Assembly (NCBI RefSeq): GCF_902459465.1
Contig: NC_047079.1
Coordinates: 8,618,001-8,682,000 of the forward strand
From: Asterias rubens
Lineage: Eukaryota
Direction: 5' to 3'
DNA length: 64,000 nt
Below, piece by piece: positions 57,201 to 64,000 of the stretch. The notes under the pieces were generated by a model. It worked only from the letters and a program-made list of their open reading frames with translations, ran no database searches and had not been told where the DNA came from. Made by a program: the position numbers and the translations under genes. Each line of letters begins with the position of its first letter. The stretch's first letter is position 1.

Positions 57201-58160
57201 CTGAATTATGCACCCCCTCAACATTTTACCCCTTTTACTTCAAATCTGTATCGATCCTATGCACCCCCTTTTCTGCCATTCAGGACCCTCCCCCAACATT
57301 TTTACCCCTTCTACTTCCTAATCTGTATCAATCCAATATGCACCCCCTTGTCTGTTATTCAGGGCCCGCCCCCTTAATTTTACCCCTTCTACTTCAAATC
57401 TGTATCAATCCATGCATCTCACTTGTTTGCCATTCAGGACCCGCCCCAACATCGATCCAATATGCACCCCACTTGTCTGTCATTCAGGTCCCGCCCCCAA
57501 CATTTTACCCTTCTACTTCAAATCTGTATCAATCCAATATGCACCCCCTTGTCTGCCATTCAGGACCCACCCCCAACATTTTACCCCTTCTACTTCAAAT
57601 CTGTATCAATCCTATGCACCCACCTTGTCAGCCATTCAGGACCGACCCTCTGCATTTCCCCCCTTTACTTCAAATCTGTATCAATCCTATGCACCCCCTT
57701 TTCTGCCATTCAGGACCCACCCCCAACATTTTACCCCTTTTACTTCAAATCTGTATTAATCCTATGCACCCCCTTTTCTGCCATTCAGGACCCACCCCGC
57801 ACATTTTACCCCTTTTACTTCAAATCTGTATCAATCCTATGCACCCCCTTTTCTGCCATTCAGGACCCACCCCCAACATTTTTACCCCTTCTACTTCCTA
57901 ATCTGTATCAATCCAATATGCACCCCCTTGTCTGCCATTCAGGGCCTGCCCCCCTTAATTTTACCCCTTCTACTTCAAATCTGTATCAATCCATTCATCC
58001 CACTTGTCTGCCATTCAGGACCCGCCCCAACATCAATCCAACATATGCACCCCACTTGTCTGCCATTCAGGACCCGCCCCAACATCAATCCAATATATGC
58101 ACCCCACTTGTCTGCCATTCAGGACCTGCCCCCAACATTTTACCCATGTCAAATCTGTAT
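57200..58160. repeat. C-rich ~75-bp minisatellite, ~12 imperfect units
   Basis: atgcacccccttttctgccattcaggacccacccccaacattttaccccttttacttcaaatctgtatcaatcct; period 75 at 57689 and 57764. Confidence 0.93.
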
Positions 58161-58164
58161 TATA

Positions 58165-58395
58165 ACAAATAATAACAAATTCTTATATAGCGCATTTTAC
58201 AATAACCGTATCAATGCGCTTTACATTAGTCCCCTGGTCATTGGGCCAATAAACATCCCTTTAATCTTTCTCAGCTCCAATTAGGGAGTATACAGCCCCG
58301 AGCTGCCGTGAATTGGCTGCCGTGGCGCTATGAAAGCTTTTCACTCACAATATCAACCTCTACCCTCGCAGGTACCCATTTATACCCCTGGGTGT
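58165..58395 (-). mobile_element. SINE fragment inserted into the 75-bp minisatellite
   Basis: caggtacccatttatacccctgggtg core as at 40705-40730; the minisatellite unit stops at ctgtat before it and resumes at caatcccgtgcaccccc after it. Confidence 0.65.
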
Positions 58396-61300
58396 ATCAA
58401 TCCCGTGCACCCCCTTGGCTGCTAATCAAGACCCAACCCCACCCAACTTATCAGGGGGTGGGGGGGGGGTCCCGGGTGTCAGCAGCCGAGTAGTGGTTGC
58501 TGCGCCGGCAGTGAATTGGCTGGGGCTTGATAATTTGCCAAGGAAAATCAGTGATACTGTATATTAAATGGTATAATTTAATTAGTTGTCAGTGTGACAA
58601 TGCTAAAATGGCTATGAAGCTTCTTGTAGGCTAAGATTTTATTGTTTATTGTTAGATTTATAAACACTTCTTCAGAAAACTGTACGCCGGGCATTAACCC
58701 CCTCTCCCAGTGTGAGCTTTGTACGCTTGTGAAAATGTTGATAACTGTGAATGGCCCCTTAGTTTAGTGTCGAAGGTACAACATGTAAACACATGCTTTA
58801 TTTGTCAACCATAAAATCATCAACATCTTTTCTATTAAACTTTTCAAGACTTTTCAACTTTAAGGGTACAATGATGTGCCTATGCTCTCATTGCCCTGGG
58901 TAGGGGGGGGGGGGGGGGCGGCTCGACTTCAAAGCTGTTTCCACTTGTCTTCTGTTATTAACCCGTCCTTAATATTATTAGCCTTACATTGTACCTCTAG
59001 TACTTTTCAATCTGTGTCAATGCCAAAGGTGCAAAATGCTTACTCACTTTGTCTAGACCCATCGTCAATATTATTACCCCTTGTACTTCAAATCTGTATT
59101 GCCTAAGGTACAAAACACTTGGTTTGTTTTTCTAAACTTGTCGCCATTATGATTCTGTAACATTCTGTATCCTTGCACACCACTCATCTGTCGTTCTTGA
59201 CCTGTCCCCAATATGAACACCCCTTGAGATGTACAACACTTTTCTGCCAATCTGGATCCACCACCAATCATCAGCCCCTTCTACAAACTGTATTACATCT
59301 GTGTACAATGTTTTCCTCTTGACATAGGCCTCTAACTAATGCATTCATTTTGCCTTGTGAATTTTTGTTTATAGAACACCCAAGATGACGACAAGCCGTG
59401 GTACGAAAGATGTGCCAGCCTGACTGAAGAGAGCCTGTGAGATGCTGCCTCGTCATGATTTCAAATATGTCATCTTCTCAGCGTCTCAAGCTAATTCAGT
59501 TCAACTTAGTGATTCATTCAATACTAAGATGTTAAGGTACGTCTCACGTAGTGAGTTTTAAATTGTTGTAAAAAGATCTGTTTACAAATGGACTCTTAAA
59601 AAAACACTCAGACATCAGTCTTTACTGTTTACAACTTGACAAAGTTTATATTTAATTCAAAAGCTATGAATTTAAACCAAAGTAAAGTGTACTGCGTAAA
59701 CAGATCTTTACCATGTTGAGCCCTATGTGGCTGTTTATGTCATGAAGTGAAACATTGCTGGATATAGTTGTGTACATTTTATAACTCCTTTAAATCATCA
59801 GGCCTGATACTTTGCGGAGTTAAATTACGCTGCAATTGCCTCCATGCACTCGGTCTTTGTCATTATTGCCTTGGTGCCCAAAATGGTCCGGTACTTATTC
59901 AAATTTCCTTCTTACTCTTGCGTTTTACTGAGAAACAGCCTTCCCCTTACAAGAATGAAGCATCAGGCCTGAAGAATGGTAAATGAAATGCAGAAATCAA
60001 AGAGCACTGAATACAAAGCAATGAAGTAAAAAGTCATGCAATCTCGTTGTACGTATGCATGGTTAATGTAAAGTGAACATAATTTTTACACAGGTCAGTT
60101 AGAGTTAAAACATGTTTAAAATGCTTAGTTTGGTTTTTATTTATGTGGTAAATGATGAATTTGTATTACACGTGATGATATTTAACTGTAAAACATTGTA
60201 CAAATTGAGCAGGGCCTTTAGTTTTAAACAGAATGCAAATATATGGAAACTTAGAGTGAACATCTGCATGTCCATAAAGTTTTATGCTTAGTACTTAAAG
60301 TTCTGTATTGTGTCTTTCCACCATTTTTATCTTGAAAAGTAGATTCTGCAAATACATGATAACCCCAAAATACAGAGTTATCTAATTTTTTAGATTTCTT
60401 TGATGTGTTTAACTTGGAAATTTGTCAATGCAGATGGTCGTTCTAAGCTTCCATACAATTTTTAGCAACAGTTTGGAAGTCTGGCTTCCTGTCTCTTAGT
60501 ACTTTTACAACACTATTCTTAATGTAGGTACCAGACTAATTTCTTCACACACTTGTTAAATATAGCTTATGTTATCAAGGTTATTGTGTATAAAAAGGCC
60601 CTTTTTAAACAAGCCTTTTAAATAAGACAGCTCCGGAATTCACAGTAAAGCGAAGCATACTATCTGTTACACTATAAAATAAGAAGTTTGAAGGTTAGAA
60701 GTCACGAACGTGTGTTCTGTGCATTTAAATTGATGTAAATAAGAGTTACAGCATGTACAATTTACGCTAAGTGCCGTATATAAGCAATTATTTATTGAAA
60801 AAACCACTTTCCTGTGAATATTTTTTGTCACCAGAATACGTATTACATGTAGAATGTTAATAGGATACTCTGTAGTGTATCCCGTACTGTTTTAAGGGTG
60901 TTTTGAAGGGTTTTCACTCTCCAGTTTTGTAATTTTCAGTGATTTTCGAGTTTTTTGGGCAAAAAAAAAAAAAATCAAATAAAAATTAACGAGCATGCGT
61001 TTCAGGCGATTTTAAGAAAATGAATTACCAAAAAAAAAAATTAGTGGTGATTTTTGCTAGTTTTTACAATTTTGGATTTTCTTTAATGAAAAATAAAAAA
61101 AAATTAACGAGCGTACGTTTCAGGCGATTTTAAGAAAATCATTCACTGTTAATTTTTTTTTTTTTTTTTTTTTTTAATTAAAATTAAATAAAATTTAATT
61201 AAAAAAAAATCTCGCCTCCACTTTCCTTCCTACCCGGTCCACCGCTCCCCCCTCTCTCTCTCTCCGGGTCCACGCCTCCCCCTGGTGTATCTCCGCCATG

Positions 61301-62219
61301 TTGCCTCCTCGTCGTGGTCCGGGGTCCGTGGGCGTTCCTCTGGTGTCTCCATGTGGGTGGTGTCCTGGCCGGGGCTCGAACCCGCATCGATGTCTCCAGT
61401 GTAGTCCTCCGAAGCCGTCTCCCTATCCGCTAGGCTATGGCGTCTTCCGGGTTGGAGAAAAAAAAATTCGATGTGGTAAATATTAGAACGAAATTTGATG
61501 TACACATGTATTATACGCGTATATAAAGGGTAGCGATTCAGTCGTAGAAAGTGCGCCCTCTTGTGGTGATATTAATTAACATGTAATTAATAGTGCCAAA
61601 TCAATTAATATTGCCACAAGAGGGCGCGCTCTCTCTCAAGAAAATTCTTGAATCAAGACTACCAATCAATAGCCTACTCGGCCACACGGAAACATAAACT
61701 TGTTTGTCTGTTTTGTTTTTAATAAAAAAAATTAATACGTTTTTATTTTTTTTATTTTAATAAAATTTGAATAAGCTACGATTGCCTTATGTGCACATGT
61801 TTGTTTCGTTTTATGAAGTCAAATAAAGCTTTTTAAACAAATAAATACAGGTTTGGCAACAAAATAATGACAGTCAAACAAAAACAGGTTTAGATTAATA
61901 GTGTACCATTTTTATTTATTACAGTAATAATAATAAACAGTTTTAATATTGCACAAAATTACAATAAAGTCTCCATGCTATAACAGCAATTAACGTTTAT
62001 CGTTCATTTTTAATTAAATCTAGAATTCTATTATCAGCTTTTTACCAGTAAATTATTTACATCAGATAATACTAACCATTTCAAAGTCCTAAAACTCGTT
62101 TGATTATAACTCAAGTTTGATATGGATAACTAAATAAGAAAAGTTTGATTACTTATTATTTAACACATGATATAATAACACTTGTCTTCTCAAAAACCTG
62201 AGTACAATACTTTGTTTAT

Positions 62220-62471
62220 ATTATCCATCAAGCTGAAAACACACACTCCTGGATTATGGATATTAATTTGTGAATTCTTTAAATTATCCATCAAGCTGAA
62301 AACAGACACTACTGGATTATGGATATTAATTTGTGAATTCTTTAAATTATCCATCAAGCTGAAAACAGACACTCCTGGATTATGGATATTAATTTGTGAA
62401 TTCTTTAATTATTATCCATCAAGCTGAAAACAATCACTCCTGGATTATGGATATTAATTTGTGAATTCTTT
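62220..62471. repeat. Minisatellite, 4 x 63-65 bp
   Basis: attatccatcaagctgaaaac...gtgaattctttaa at 62220, 62283, 62346, 62411. Confidence 0.95.
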
Positions 62472-62474
62472 TGG

Positions 62475-62710
62475 AGTAATGTAGTTATTTCTCACTCAAA
62501 TAATAAAAGTCATCAGACCTGAAGCCTTGTATTATGAATTGGAAGCACACTTAGTGCATGCAGCAATAGGTTTGTTTCTGTCATTATTTTTATTGCAACT
62601 TTGATGACCAATTGAGTACAAACAAATTGTACAGATTTGTTACTTTATGCATAGTTTAATACACCAAGTGCAAATACTGGTCTTTGACAAAACTGTGTCC
62701 AGTGCCTTAA
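62475..62710. mobile_element. Kolobok-type MITE 3' half
   Basis: atacaccaagtgcaaatactggtctttgac...gtgtccagtgcct family end. Confidence 0.7.
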
Positions 62711-62816
62711 ATTGAACCATAATATTAAGTCTGAAATTGTTGTTGTTGTTTTTTAACTAAGATTCTCTTTACTACACAGTTTGCACACACAGATCTGTGT
62801 TAAACATTGTCAATGT

Positions 62817-63110
62817 GGGAATCAGCGACGTTGCTGTCCATTTCGGAACCAGATGTTGCTGTCCATTTAAGAATCCTTAAGAAGCTGTCCATGTACGAAT
62901 CCAAATGTCACTGTCCATAAGAATCAGACGTTCCTGTCTGCGTGGAATCCAAACGTTGCTGTCCATTTAGGAATCAGATGTTGCTGTCCATGTGGAATCA
63001 GATGGTGCTGTCTGTAGAATTCCAAACGTAGCTGCCCCATGTAGGAATCAAAAGCAGATGTCAACGTTGGAATCAAACATCACCGCCCATATAAGAATTG
63101 GATGTCTGAC
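62817..63110. repeat. Degenerate ~25-bp minisatellite
   Basis: ggaatcagatgttgctgtccat-like unit repeated about a dozen times. Confidence 0.8.
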
Positions 63111-64000
63111 CTGCACACAAAATGAAAACCACAAAAAAAACGTCCATAAAGATAATGTCACGAACGAAACTTTCCTGGGCGAATTGCATTTAGCCATTTT
63201 GAGATATGGTGGACACAAAACTACAACACTATAAAGGTTTGGGTAAATTGGTCTGTAATACACCCTAACCAAACAGCACACTCCTATCACATCCGCCATA
63301 CCTCAAAAAGGCTTTAAATGACTGCTTACTGCAAATTCTGTGCTTCACTATTCTTCGCTTGCAGGGCAAGCCCCGAATTTCAGTGCTTGCTGTGTAAGCG
63401 AAGAATGTCTAGTAATGTGGAGTACACAATCACACAAGGCAAGAGTCCCTTCTTTCCTGCTTCCGTAATGGCCAATTTTTCACTTAGGGTGAGCAGAGCC
63501 ATGAAGTTGGGCCTTGTTGTGTGAATGAACAATTTTTCAACTATATTCGCCATTAATACCTGCTAAAACTAGTGTTCCAACAAACTTTTAAAAAAAAATT
63601 GTTTCTTAAAAATTTATGACAAGTTTCTCATAATCAAGCACATAAAAGTAAATCAAGCTGTTCAATAAACGATACCCCACAACAAACAATACATTGCTCA
63701 ATAATAAATATTTTACAGTTTCAACTGCAGCAAACGAATTTGACATACAAAAATATTTATTTACCCAATAAATATTTGAGTTGTGTATGCAGAAAACAAT
63801 TATGTTTGTCATACTCATAAACTGCCAAAAATGTGTACAAAACCAAGAGAAAAAAGAAAAAAACAATTCTTCAAGAGTAGAGTAAGTTGTTCAAATTGAA
63901 CAAAACAGGGAAACAAAATCAAATTAAAAAGAAATTCTTGTTTCTCAGTTGCATTCACTGTAAAAAAAATTATGCAAAGAGTTTTGTTTTAAATCTAACT

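Noticed and set aside
57338-58284. Long ORFs (187, 249, 115, 118 aa)
   Set aside because: Products of a 75-bp (25-codon) stop-poor minisatellite with periodic low-complexity translations.

Overview
This is AT-rich, repeat-dense animal genomic DNA. The repeat types and gene content suggest an invertebrate deuterostome such as a sea star (inference). One gene can be reconstructed confidently: a plus-strand Dispatched-3 (DISP3/PTCHD2)-like RND/sterol-sensing-domain membrane protein, with 20 phase-consistent GT-AG coding exons (32304-48167, 5043 nt, about 1680 aa). It has three unusual features: a 10-cysteine follistatin/Kazal module on a single phase 1-1 exon in the second luminal loop, a probable ~250-aa N-terminal extension, and a tandemly duplicated in-frame splice acceptor. 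The rest is introns and intergenic DNA containing TTAA (Kolobok-type) MITEs, CWG- and TWA-target (Harbinger-type) MITEs that nest reciprocally with them, tRNA-derived SINEs, RTE/L2/CR1-group LINE 3' ends, many minisatellites and a 79-nt hairpin. Penelope/retrozyme-like repeats carry minimal type I hammerhead ribozyme motifs, including a tandem pair with a U3-A8 compensatory core inside a DISP3 intron. A second small spliced transcription unit may lie at about 54100-60800, but its product cannot be identified. Comparisons to vertebrate DISP3 and repeat families are from memory; no searches were run.
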